Positions 28,255-40,411 of a DNA stretch of 64,000 nucleotides are shown here, one piece after another; position 1 is the first letter of the stretch, and every line of letters starts with the position of its first letter. Below the pieces are notes generated by a model that did no database searches, was not told the origin of the DNA, and saw only the letters and a list, made by a program, of their open reading frames with translations. The translations under genes and the position numbers were made by a program. Origin of the DNA: Octopus sinensis (Eukaryota); the NCBI RefSeq assembly GCF_006345805.1, contig NC_043006.1, forward strand, positions 47,430,001 to 47,494,000, given 5' to 3'.

Positions 28255-29010
28255 AATAAAAACATGATTCAAAGGATTTAGCGATACATATGTTTCGGGC
28301 CTTTATTAGACGGTTTTATAACAATGCATAATTGATGTAAATGCGTGTCTATGGCCTTCTTCAGCCGCGTACAATTACTACTTCAAGGACATATATTACA
28401 TTATAAGTTTTATATTGGGGATGCAAATCTTCATAGTCGCGTACGACAGAGTGGGGCACCAACACGAAATCGAAGCGTCCATCCCGCTTTTGACTTGATG
28501 TAGAATGAGGAAGTTTGGGTGTTGAGCAAGAGAGGGAAGGGGTGCGGGGGTGAATCTTTAGTGGGTTAGGGATCACAAAGGGGGAGTAAAAGAATAAAAG
28601 ATTACAGAAGAGTAAAATTTAAAAACAATATATAAAAAAGATATAAGAATATAAAAAAAGATATAAGAATACAGAAAAATATATAAGAAGATAAAAATAT
28701 ATATAAGAATATAAAAAAAAGTATCTAAGTATATAAATATATAAATAAATATATAAGTATATATATATAAATACACACGGACGTGAAAAAAGCCTGGTAA
28801 AATAAATAAATAGAGATATAGATAAAGAGGCGAAAATTAAGGACGAAAAAAAATAATAAGGGTAGGAAACTAAAAGACTGTATAAGGGGATGAAGGAAGA
28901 AATGTAAGAGGGTGAAGAACTAACAGGGTGGTCAGAAGATACCGTATTCCGGTTGTTGAGGCCTACCGGTGTAATGGCGGGTGTCATAAATTAACTGTCT
29001 GGAGACCAAA
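28255..29010 (-). mobile_element. Probable Penelope-like element 3' end
   Basis: Minus strand reads TPVGLNNR (PxGLN end typical of PLE GIY-YIG ORFs), then a pyrimidine-rich UTR, the HHR and (TA)n. Confidence 0.5.
28281..28368 (-). ncRNA. Type I hammerhead ribozyme with a ~51-nt loop II
   Basis: gcgg-CTGAAGA-aggcc-[51 nt]-ggccc-GAA-ACATATGT-A-tcgc; stem I is gcgg/tcgc and stem III is palindromic. Confidence 0.65.
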
Positions 29011-29228
29011 TGGATTGGTCAATCTGGGTTGTCTTGTTTGTGGCTAAACAGTTTATCTACTTCCTCGTAAATTGTCTTTGTTATTAATAGTCAACGTACT
29101 TACAACTATCAAGTATTCACCCTGAATGTATATATATATATATATAACAAAGTGGAGTTGTAGGGTACCGCACGAGTGGGATTATATACGAAAGAAGGTT
29201 TGAAAATGTAATTTTAAAAGATGTTTAT

Positions 29229-29274
29229 TTACTTTACCGGTTTCCACTCTTTAGAAAATGATTGTCAAAAGTAA
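29229..29274 (-). ncRNA. Minimal type I hammerhead ribozyme, U3-A8 core variant
   Basis: ttactt-TTGACAA-t-catttt-ctaa-agagtg-GAA-ACCGGT-A-aagtaa; perfect 6-bp stem I and palindromic stem III. Confidence 0.72.
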
Positions 29275-29318
29275 CATGTAGAAGTTGGTTACGTTAATTA
29301 TTGGTTGTTACAAATTGC

Positions 29319-29354
<36 letters not shown>

Positions 29355-29467
29355 TATTTATATATATATATATGTATATATATATATGTATATATATATA
29401 TATTACGGAGATGTACTCGCATAGCAAGTAATTTGATCTGAGATCGTGTGCTGAAACGAAAACAAAT

Positions 29468-29735
29468 GCAGCGTGGAAGGTGTTTATAAGCCATTTAAGA
29501 AACACACAAAAGCCGTTCGATTCACTTCAACATTTAAGTTTAATTTGTCAAAATATTTTCGTCGCTAAAATCCGCGACCTGTTCACTGACAAGAATGCAG
29601 ATTGCAGCACGGAATTTTGTCAGTGAACAGGTCGCGGATTTAGCGACGAAAATATTTTGACAAATTAGACTTAATGTTGAAGTGAATCGAACGGCTTTTG
29701 ATTCTTAAATGGCTTATAAACACCTTCCACGCTGC
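29468..29735. repeat. Inverted repeat (arms about 120 bp, spacer about 24 bp) with a hammerhead variant in each arm
   Basis: Arms 29468-29592 and 29617-29735 are near-exact reverse complements; (TA)n on both sides. Confidence 0.9.
29616..29664 (+). ncRNA. Minimal type I hammerhead ribozyme, G3-C8 core variant (mirror copy at 29544-29592, minus strand)
   Basis: tttgtca-GTGAACA-g-gtcgc-ggattta-gcgac-GAA-AATATT-T-tgacaaa; 7-bp stem I, 5-bp stem II, palindromic stem III. Confidence 0.72.
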
Positions 29736-30073
29736 CAATTGTATATATATATATACAAGAACTCAAAAGAAGTTGTCCCCCCCTTACTAAAAACACAGGA
29801 ACTGAAGAAACCACAATTACTACTACTTCCTGTCCTGCCAACATGCTGTTAATTAAACCACACACAACACATGCTCTTAATCCCTTTGGATCTAATACCT
29901 CAAGGTAATTTTTTCGTGAACAATCATAAACTCAAGATACACAACGAACTCACAATGTATCGGAGTACTTATTTTTTATTTTTGTACATTTTTATCATTA
30001 TTCTTTTGCAAAAAACAATGCAATTTTCTTTTTTTCCCCTTTCTAATTTAAAAAAACTTTTTAAAAACATAAA

Positions 30074-30113
30074 TATTCTTGACAATTCATACAATGACGA
30101 AACCGGTTGAATA
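30074..30113 (+). ncRNA. Minimal type I hammerhead ribozyme, U3-A8 core variant
   Basis: tattc-TTGACAA-t-tcat-aca-atga-c-GAA-ACCGGT-T-gaata. Confidence 0.72.
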
Positions 30114-30344
30114 AATATATATTTATATATTTTATCAATTTCTCATTTTATTAAAATTTTCTTTCATTGAGCATTCTGCATTTTAAAAAAAATTTTCCTT
30201 ACTTTTCATTTCTCCACGTGCGGTCAACACAACCCCACCAATTATTGATCTATCTATATAATATATATATATATATATTATATATATATATATAGCTATA
30301 TATATATATATATATAATATATATATACATTCATATATATATGA

Positions 30345-30566
30345 CCACAGGACTTATACTTTGTAAGTATAGTACTTACTCTGTCGATTATTTTGCCGAC
30401 CGCTAGGTTACGGGAGACGTAAACACACCACCATCAGTTGCAAGCGATGTTGGAGAACAAACACACACACACATAGATATATACATATATACGACGGGCT
30501 TCTTTCAGTTCCCGTCTACCAAATCCACTCACTAGTCATTGGTCGGCCCGAGGCTATAGTAGACAC
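30345..30566 (-). mobile_element. Partial SINE family A
   Basis: acgacgggcttctttcagtt..cgtctaccaaatccactcac...ggtcggcccgaggctatagtag. Confidence 0.85.
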
Positions 30567-30873
30567 TATATATATGCGCTTCTGTATGTGTGTGTGTCTG
30601 TGTGTGCGTGTGTGTTTGTATGTACGTGTAAGTAAAGTGTATATATGCATGCAAGTGTGTGTTCATGCTATTGAGCTTGCGTGTATGATTGAATATTTGA
30701 GTTATTAACCATTGTCTTAATGCTGTGTGTTACTACAATTACATAAAGATACACATGTACTAGACCGCATGCTTTTCTGCATGCATATGAGGGTGCATAC
30801 GCATGTGTGCGTGTATATATATATACAAACACACACGGACACACACACATACACATATGCATACAGGCACACA

Positions 30874-30916
<43 letters not shown>

Positions 30917-31385
30917 TAGCATGTATGTATAGTGTTTTTAATAGTGCGTGCAGATGATTCTGTTTCATAATATATTAAGTAACGGTTTAAGAGATTAAAA
31001 TAAGTCAAGAAAGCCAAAGAAATTTATCACGTTAATTAATAGAATCATTATTATTAAATCAATTATCTTTAATAGTTACACGTATACACGCTCATAAATA
31101 TGTAATTAGAAACTCTGACCGCGCAAACATACGCACACACACAAACACACACATATATATATGTATGTGTGTGTGTCTGTATTTGTGTGTGTTGTGCGAT
31201 TCTGTATATGTACGTAGGTTTGTACGTGTGCGAGCGTCAACTTGGGCAAACTCAATCTTTTAATAATAGTGCATTAATATACATTCATAAATACATCACT
31301 ACATCCATACGTAGGTACGTGTGTGTGTGTGTGTGTGAAGCTTTATGTTGAGCTTGTGTATATGCATATCTGTGTCCGGAGTTTG

Positions 31386-31485
31386 NNNNNNNNNNNNNNN
31401 NNNNNNNNNNNNNNNNNNNNNNNNNNNNNNNNNNNNNNNNNNNNNNNNNNNNNNNNNNNNNNNNNNNNNNNNNNNNNNNNNNNNN
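31386..31485. other. Assembly gap (100 N)
   Basis: Run of N. Confidence 1.
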
Positions 31486-33029
31486 TGTATCTAATGATCA
31501 CAGCAACGTTTTGAATTCGCACTACGATCTCTTCTAAACTTATGGTAAATAATATTCTTAAATGGAACGCTAGCAAACTTGGACAAGTTCCAGCTTTATA
31601 TCATTGGCAACATTGTTGTTCTACAAATATGGAATAAATATACATATACAAATATATGCACATGTGCAAGGAAACATATATCTCTCTTTATTTTCGTAAC
31701 TGGTATATTTGTATCTTTAAAACTATCTGTCTCTCAGCCAGTGAATGTCTCCGTCTATATGCTTGCCTCTCTCACTCTCTCTCCTACATATATATATATG
31801 CATATAATTACACGTACACACAGAAACTCATATACATGCAGGAGTGTGTGTGTGCGTGTGTGTTTGGGGGTGGGTGTGTTGAAACGTCATTCTTACTCTG
31901 TATTTTCTTTATAAATACCTTCTTTTCACCATAGCATAATTTTATGAAATTTTGTAGCCTTCGTTCAATTCATTGTACCTCTATATTGTGAAACAGACAG
32001 TAGCACCGCAGGTACATCCAACTGGATATTTTTTGGCACTACACTTCGCAAAACATATCAATAGATAATACATTATCGAAATATAATTGATTTTCATACC
32101 TTGGTATGATCCCAAAACAAATTTGTTTGTAAAAGTAACTATATATTTAGATAAATGCTCTTGGCCACGTGCCATTCTGTAGTATCGAATTTTTAGAACA
32201 TATCTGAACATTAAACAATTTAGTGTGCAGCGTATTATACCGATGTAGTTTTTTATTTGTCCGAGGTGCGAAGTTAATCTTTTTTCAGTTTCAATTTTTT
32301 TTCTGTTTTCGTTATCGAAGTTGCAGGCAATCATATTAAATCATCCATTTATTCTCTTTATGTTATTTACGAAGTATTTTGCAAGATTTTAACAATATGA
32401 CATTAACAGTTGTGTGCATAAATAATACGCTATATACTAGAAAATAATAACATGACAGTATAAGAATATTACTGATTTATAGCGAAGTATGAGAGATGTA
32501 GTTGAGTAATATTAGTGACTGTATATTACGTTACCTAATATAATTTCATGCTTTGGCATCTGGGATGAAAAGAATACATACACATTTTCTAGTTACTTCC
32601 TCATAGATCTAGTAATTCTTATTAGTAATATACATAAATGAATTTTCTTTAACTCCATCAAAAAGCTAACAGTTGTAGTACGAGGCACATGTATTTAATG
32701 TAAATTTAAGTATAAAACCAAATTGGATTGTTTTAGGATATATAACGTTCAAGAATGAAATTTATATCTCTCAAAAGATTCAAACTACTAATGACATATA
32801 TGAATATGTTTCGAAATATATTTCATGTAAACGATATACGAAACATTCATTTGTAAAACCCATTCCGTTGTCATAGAAGAAAGTGCGGATGACATTTCTC
32901 AAGATCTTCGTGACATGTACAGAGAAAAGTCGTTCAACTGGGCTCGGCGTGCTGACCTATTTAAGTCGAACACTCAAGTTTCATGGCTTCATAGGTAAAG
33001 TAAATTGTCAACAGAAAGCTCTTTAAATA

Positions 33030-33180
33030 CTGGTGACTGTCTCGATTCGCTTCGTTCCCAGCCACATAGTTTCAAGTTCATTCCCACTGCGTGGCATTTT
33101 GTGCCTTCTACAGTAGCCTCGGACCGTCGATAGCCTTGTGAGTGGATTTGTTAGAGAGAAACCCAAAAGAACCGGCGAAT
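33030..33180 (+). mobile_element. Diverged 5' half of SINE family A followed by long (TA)n and (TAGA)n
   Basis: cccactgcgtggca...tagcctcgg...gccttgtgagtggatttg. Confidence 0.7.
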
Positions 33181-33190
33181 ATATATATAT

Positions 33191-33238
<48 letters not shown>

Positions 33239-33241
33239 TAA

Positions 33242-33274
<33 letters not shown>

Positions 33275-33288
33275 TATATACATATATA

Positions 33289-33338
<50 letters not shown>

Positions 33339-33362
33339 TAGATATATATATATATATATACA

Positions 33363-33518
<156 letters not shown>

Positions 33519-33589
33519 TGTAATTCAATAGCGAACGGTCACTGAAGTTATACATCTATGGATATATACATTCAAACACACAGACACAG

Positions 33590-33625
<36 letters not shown>

Positions 33626-33704
33626 GCAGGCTCATACAAATATATCGAAAGAAAGTGCATGTTGGTGCATTAGCGTATGTATATTTATAAGAAAATGATA
33701 CGTA

Positions 33705-33867
33705 GGCGCACGTGTGGCTGTGTTTTAAGTAGCTTGCTTACCAGCCACCTGGTTCTGCGTTCTGTCCAACTGCGTGACCCCTTGGGCAAGTGTCTCCTAC
33801 TATAGCTTCGGGGCACCTAAAGCCTTGTGAGTGGATTTGGTAGACGTAAACTGAAAGAAGCCCGTCG

Positions 33868-33898
<31 letters not shown>

Positions 33899-34094
33899 GT
33901 GTGTGCGCTTGTCCACCCAACATCGCTTGGCAACGAAGCTGGTGTGTTTACGTTCCCCTAACTTAGCATTTCGGCAAAGCAGACCGATAGAATAAGTACT
34001 AGGCTCACAAAGAATAAGTCCTGAGGTCGATTTGCTCGACTAAATGCGGTGCTCCAGCATGGCCACAGTCAAATGACTGAAACAAGTAAAAGAG
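33705..34094 (+). mobile_element. Full-length tRNA-derived SINE family A (CORE-like; resembles octopus OR-type SINEs)
   Basis: ggcgca..gtggctgtg head, tgcgtgacccttgggcaagtgtct CORE-like block, internal (TA)n(TG)n, tail aatgactgaaacaagtaaaagag. Confidence 0.88.
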
Positions 34095-34447
34095 CATACG
34101 TATATCTTTACAGACACAAACATACAGAAGTTCCAATTTTCATGGGAAAATATATATTAGCATGAGAGTGTGTAGATGCAAAAGAATTTGTGTTTGATTA
34201 AGATATTGCATGTATGCACATCCATATGTAGTCGTGTGGATATTTACGTAATCGTTGCTCCCTTAATGAAGGAGAATTTAAACACATAGATTATATAACT
34301 TTGCAACATTTATCACTTATCAAATGTGCGAAGAGGAAAATGATGTTTCTCCAACGACGTTTAATATTCTTTAGCATTGATGAAGTCTTTTGACATTGAA
34401 TTTCAAGTGGAAAGCAAATCTGCACTCTAGTTTAAAATTTTGCATAA

Positions 34448-34546
34448 TTTCTTCTTCTTCTTCTTCTTTTCTTCTTCTTCTTCTTCTTCTTCTTCTTCTT
34501 CTTCTTCTTCTTCTTCTTCTACTTTTCTTGCTTCTTCTTCTTCTTC

Positions 34547-34578
<32 letters not shown>

Positions 34579-34733
34579 CTTTTCTTCTTCTTCCTTTCTT
34601 CTTTCTTCGTCTTCTTCTTCTTCTTTCTTCTTCTTTTCTCTTCTTCTTTTCTTCTTCTTTCTTCTTCTTTCTTCTTTCTTCATCTTCATTTCTTCTATTA
34701 TTATATTATTTTATTATTATTATATTATTATTA

Positions 34734-34767
<34 letters not shown>

Positions 34768-34851
34768 ATTATTATTTTTGCTTAATTTCTTCTGCTTCTT
34801 CTTCTTCCTCTCATTATCATCATCATCATCAAATCCATTATTATTATTATG

Positions 34852-34887
<36 letters not shown>

Positions 34888-34945
34888 TATTATTGTTATT
34901 GTTATTATTATTATTGTTATTATTATTATTATTATTATATTATTA

Positions 34946-34976
<31 letters not shown>

Positions 34977-35040
34977 TAATCTTCATTAATCATCATTATC
35001 ATCATTAATAATAATAATGACAATAACAATAATAATTATA
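34448..35040. repeat. Compound (CTT)n/(ATT)n microsatellite
   Basis: Directly visible. Confidence 0.95.
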
Positions 35041-37156
35041 CTGATGATGGTGATGATATATCTAAAATTAAAAAGAAAGAAAAAAAACTGAGGCCACTTC
35101 TTAAGCACTTCAAAACTAAATTAGAAAGAAGCGAACATGTATCGTGCTGAGAATTTAATAACGAAATACTCTGTCTCCTTTGGTCGCTAAATACAGTGGA
35201 GCAAAATATGCCTACACATCAACACACATATGAGCATTTATGCATGCATACAAATATAGATGTACGTATATATATGCGCATACATACACACATACTTATA
35301 TGTTGTACTTATATAATTATTTATACATATGAATAATTATATAAATACAATATATATATATATATATATACATATTTATTTTTATATTTTTATACGTATA
35401 AGAATATGCACAAACATATATGTATATATGCATACATATACATGCACACATACATATATACATACATAAATACATACATGCATACATACATATATACATA
35501 CATATATTCATACGTGCATTCGTGTGCGTATTTGCATAATAAAAATTTTGGTTACACATATTACATCGCAGAATTATGACATTGATTCCTTAATTCAAAA
35601 GACAAAAAAAATGTCCTTATATGTAACACTTTTAAGATATTAACACGCAAATCTAATCATATACAAAGACAATTTCACACACACAAATGCGTATGTAGAT
35701 GCAAATATCTGTACGTGCGCGTATGGGGTATTTGAGTGTATATGTGTGCGCTGATTCGTAAAGAGACATCGAGAGAGTTATATATTATCAAATATATACA
35801 TTTTTAGAAAGACACACATATATATAAATGTCTAGAAGTACACGTATTCCTAGTAAATCTTATTAGAGACTTTAAGTATGAATTTGTTATAACAATAGAA
35901 TTATAATTTAATCATTGAACAGAATTAAATCATTTAATTTTTTATGTGACGTCTTGTTAAAATCACTTTCTATTTAGGAAAGAAAACACATGGGGAGCTG
36001 AATTTAAAGCAGTTTGAAAGTTACGTTAATACATGTTTTCTTCGTATTTTTTTCTGACAATCGCAAGCCCAGCAGCATATTCAATCGTCTACAGGAAAGT
36101 AATGTAAAGATATTAAGACTAAGTGACCTTGTATTCACAAAATTTATATAAATGCACCGAATCTTCTTGAATGTATGTTTTTGGAAGTTTCAATTAAATA
36201 TTTATGTGTCATTTTTGTCGATAATTTTTATAATACGATTTTCAAATATTTCTACTTAAAAGCAAAGAAATGTTTAGCAAAAACATACCAGACGAACTAA
36301 ATACAAATCAATTCACATTTACTATTCATGTATTAAATTTCGTTTTATATTTCCAGGTTGAAATAGAAATATAATGTAGATGCAATTATTTAGTAAAACA
36401 TTTACCAGGACGTTTTGACAATCTTAATTGATTTCAGTAAATAAGTTAATGAAATGGTAGCGGCCAACGACTTGAGAAGTTTCTTTTATCTTGATGAGAT
36501 TTACAGGCAATGTCTATACTAAACATCGGTATATTGATATTTGCTGAAACATTTGGCCTGAAAATAGGATAAATTGCAACAGCGAAAACTACCAAGAATG
36601 TATTCAATAACTACGTGTAGGTGACTTGTTAAGCCTGAAAATACAACAAAACAGTACCGATGGCAAGTTTGTTAAACGTCCAAACATACTCATGTACTTC
36701 TCTAACTTCGTAAAAAAGTATGATTTGTTATCCACTGAAAACATTCTGTTAAAATAGAAATTCTGCAACATTTTCGAGCTATACCTATTTTACAATATAT
36801 CTACCTTAATCACAGTATCGTTTAATTACTTGTGGCTACATTTCTTCAAACGTATGAAATTCAAACTGATTTTCAAACCCGGTTTTGTGAAGGTCAATAC
36901 TAGGTTATCTATTGCCGAAGCGGTTTTCAATAACACATGTCAGTGCCGAATTTCTCTTTGTCAAGGACCCTTGTCGTCGATACTGATGGCTCAACAAAGA
37001 TGGTGAATGATGAGAGATAATAAGAAAACAAAAAATGAACAAAATTGAATAGAAATAATTAATTAAATGAAATGTAAAGTAAAGCAAGATACTTTCAATG
37101 AAAAAATCAAATAATATATATATATATACACATATATACATAGATACGTATGTATG

Positions 37157-37220
<64 letters not shown>

Positions 37221-37361
37221 TCTAATGCATATATACATATATACATATATATACTATAATATATATACACGTACATACGTATCTATTTATATATGTGTGT
37301 ATATATATATTTGATTTTTTCATTGAAAGTATCTTGCTTTATAGACATAGACATAGTTTAG

Positions 37362-37400
37362 AAGAAATGACGGTTTCGCGTTCAGCTTTTCAAATTTCTT
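37362..37400 (-). ncRNA. Minimal type I hammerhead ribozyme, U3-A8 core variant with GUC cleavage triplet
   Basis: aagaaat-TTGAAAA-gc-tgaac-gc-GAAA-ccg-TC-atttctt; perfect 7-bp stem I; about 160 bp downstream of a GIY-YIG ORF on the same strand. Confidence 0.72.
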
Positions 37401-37560
37401 AAATTGTTATGTTTACGTTGAGCGGAAATCTAGATAAGGGGAGGTATAAGTGATTTTCTTCCGGTGTAGGGAGATAATCGCTTAAAATTATTTGCCTTTC
37501 TTTTGGATTGAGTTTCTCTGTATAAGTATGTTGGAATGGTTAAGTTTGGGCTTGTATTTC

Positions 37561-37806
37561 TCATGAAGAATGTTCCTTGTTTAGTCTAATTTGTGCTGGT
37601 GTCCCGATAGCACATTGGTAGAATGGAAAGATTAAAAATTGTGGTAGAAGTTGCTTTGCGCATTTCTCAATGTGCTCACTAAAGGGTATCATTCTGTATT
37701 CTGGGAATGCAATCTGTTTTCGATGCAGTGTGCATCTACGTCTGAGTGATAGTCCCGTGGATCCCACGTAGTCTTGGTGGCAGCCCGAGCATTTTATGAC
37801 ATAAAT
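37561..37806 (-). pseudogene. GIY-YIG endonuclease fragment of a Penelope-like element
   Basis: IYVIKCSGCHQDYVGSTGLSLRRRCTLHRKQI...SEHI...RLNKE, matching the PLE pattern IY-x3-CxxC-x3-YVG-x-T...R...H. Confidence 0.85.
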
Positions 37807-37905
37807 ATATATTTTTAACCTTTTAAAACAAGCCTTCTGTAGTTTTTTCCCTTTTTACTATTCTCTATATATTCAACCACGTGCTTTCACATACCAACTT
37901 TCTTA

Positions 37906-37946
<41 letters not shown>

Positions 37947-38048
37947 CCGGAGTAAACACATAAATGTGAAACAAGGTGGAAAAAAGAGTACTCAAATACC
38001 AATGGTAGCAATATGCTTTATTTTAAGCAGCAGAAAATTCAACAAAAT

Positions 38049-38086
38049 CTGTTACTCTGAGTTTCTCGTTGCCGTTCATCAGACAG
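38049..38086 (-). ncRNA. Minimal type I hammerhead ribozyme, canonical core
   Basis: ctgt-CTGATGA-a-cg-gcaa-cg-a-GAAA-CTCAGAG-TA-acag. Confidence 0.8.
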
Positions 38087-39510
38087 TTTTTGCTAGAATG
38101 GAACCGATATATCAATTCAATCTAGACTCTTACAAACGCTACACCTTTAAAAAGAAATGGACTTGTTTGATTGGCCCTTTACAAAAAAAAAACGGTCCAA
38201 TCTTCGAGCGATAAACAAAAAGGTCAAAAATAATATTTATATATATAAAAAAAGCTTATAAACAATTATAAATCCGAGGAAAAAACTTACATTGAATAAA
38301 ATACAATCATCTTATTCAAGACAATAATTCTTTGAATCAAAGAAGTGAGCTAATGAACTTATGTAGGCACGCGGCTAAATTTAAAATGTCGAATATAAAT
38401 TATACCATATGGATAGAGCATATATTTGTATTTTTGATTTTTGAAATTTTGATTTTGACTCTGAACGATGAGCGCTACAATGGATTTTGTCTTCCAAGCT
38501 ATGCGGATCTTAATCGTATAGCAAAGTCTTATGTTTCTACATATACATCAGGAAAAACCTTCGACCCTGTTTTTCAGGTTACTGTATTGTATAGGATTAC
38601 CTGATTATTTATATTACCTTGATTATTTATAAATGATCCAAAATAGGGTGTTATATTTTATTTATATGTCTTTCGTATATATTTTTATTAATGCAAACTG
38701 CACCCATTCTTTTTAAAAAAATGCAATGTTTTTTTAAAAAAAAGCAACATTGTCAAAATTAAAATGTTGTGTAAGTATGTGTATAGCCGAGGATATGTAT
38801 TTGTAAGCATGCGTATCTGTGTATGTGTAAGTGAGAGTATGTTTGTGCTTAAGGACACATATACACGACTGTATGTATGTATCCATACGAACTTGTTTGT
38901 ATACTTGTCTCCATATATGCCAATAACGCCGTTACACAGATTATATACATAATTTTTTTCTATATTTCGTTTTTTCCCCACCCCTCCTTCGTTCCTTTTT
39001 CTCTCTATTCCTTTCTTTCGTACCCCCCCCCTTACTCAGTATATGAGAATCGCTACATACATGATTTTTAACTTGCGTGCGAGATGGTTTGCGTGAATAT
39101 ATGTACACATGCATTTATGTTTATATTTAGATTTATATTCATACGTCTGTATATGTATGGCGTTGGCGCGCATCTTGTTTGTGTATGTTGATATATATAC
39201 ACATTTTAATAAAAATATGTATTGCAGTGTAATATTTATAACAGGTTTAATTCCTATGATTAATTTAAACTTTCTTCATTAATTTCAATAGTTTTTATTC
39301 AATGTAAGGTTTTTTCCTCGGATTTTATAATTTTTTATGAGCTTTTTTATATATATATATACATATATTTTTGACCTTTTTGTTTATCGCTCGAAGATTG
39401 ACCGTTTTTTTTCTAAAGGGCCAATCAAACAAGTCCATTTCTTTTTAAAGGTGTAGCGTTTGTAAGAGTCTAGATTGAATTGATATATCGGTTCCATTCT
39501 AGCAAAAAAA

Positions 39511-39547
39511 CTGTCTGATGAACGGCAACGAGAACTCAGAGTAACAG
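39511..39547 (+). ncRNA. Second copy of the same hammerhead, lacking one A of GAAA
   Basis: ctgt-CTGATGA-acggcaacga-GAA-CTCAGAG-TA-acag. Confidence 0.65.
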
Positions 39548-39580
39548 ATTTTGTTGAATTTTCTGCTGCTTAAAATAAAG

Positions 39581-39624
<44 letters not shown>

Positions 39625-39944
39625 ATATTTATATATATATATATATATATACATATCTATATATATATGTTAACTTACATTCATGATGGATACCAGTGAA
39701 CTTAAACGTTCATAGGCCAACTGCGGGTAGAGGAAAAGAGGCGGATAAAGAATACGTCCAGACAGCTCGTCATAATGTTTTGTCTGCAAAGAGTATTCTG
39801 TTAAAGGCAGCCACATAACCTCTCTCTCGTTCCCTCCCTCCATCCTCTTACTCAACGACGTGCCACATTTCTTTTCGGTCGAATTTACCCTACATCAGTG
39901 TGAAATACTGACATACATTCTTAGAACTGACATATATTGATATT

Positions 39945-40075
39945 TTTGCCAGCTGAGTGGACTGGAGCAGCGTGAAATAAAGTGTCTTGCTCAAGGACGC
40001 ACAGTACCGCCGGGAATCGAACACGCAATTTACGACTATGAGCCATATACCCTAACCACTAAGAAACGCACCTTC
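39945..40075 (-). mobile_element. 5' part of SINE family C
   Basis: Reverse complement of the 16760 head (ccctaaccactaag; gccagctgagtggactggagca). Confidence 0.8.
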
Positions 40076-40411
40076 GCCTCATATTTACATAAAACAATCA
40101 CACACACTCACGAACTGACACGCACATGTACACACACACACAGTCACACTCACACAACTAGTCTGCAGATGCCTGACCAGCAAAGGGAAGCGGCTGACCT
40201 CCCCTGTTCGATGGTTATAATGGACATAGGTTCGAGTGTCACACAGCTAGCTAGAGGCGATTGACTCCTGAAGCTAATCAACGGCAGCATTCATCCTATA
40301 TTTCTGGACTGCCATATTAGCTTGTCGATTACTATTAATATATTCTATAAATGAACATATATAGAGAGGAAGACAAACATAGATTAAGAAGTACGCACAT
40401 TTATATACCTA

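Larger units (their letters stand above)
37945..39580 (+). mobile_element. Truncated Penelope-like element with an inverted 5' pseudo-LTR and a 3' pseudo-LTR
   Basis: Arms of about 285 bp (38016-38301 and 39292-39580) are inverted copies. The interior begins with LNQRSELMNLCRHAAKFKM (PLE GIY-YIG C-terminal LNxRSE...CRH motif). (TA)n on both sides. Confidence 0.85.

Noticed and set aside
31981-32334. 117-aa ORF in unique sequence
   Set aside because: No recognisable motif or convincing splice sites; such a length can occur by chance.
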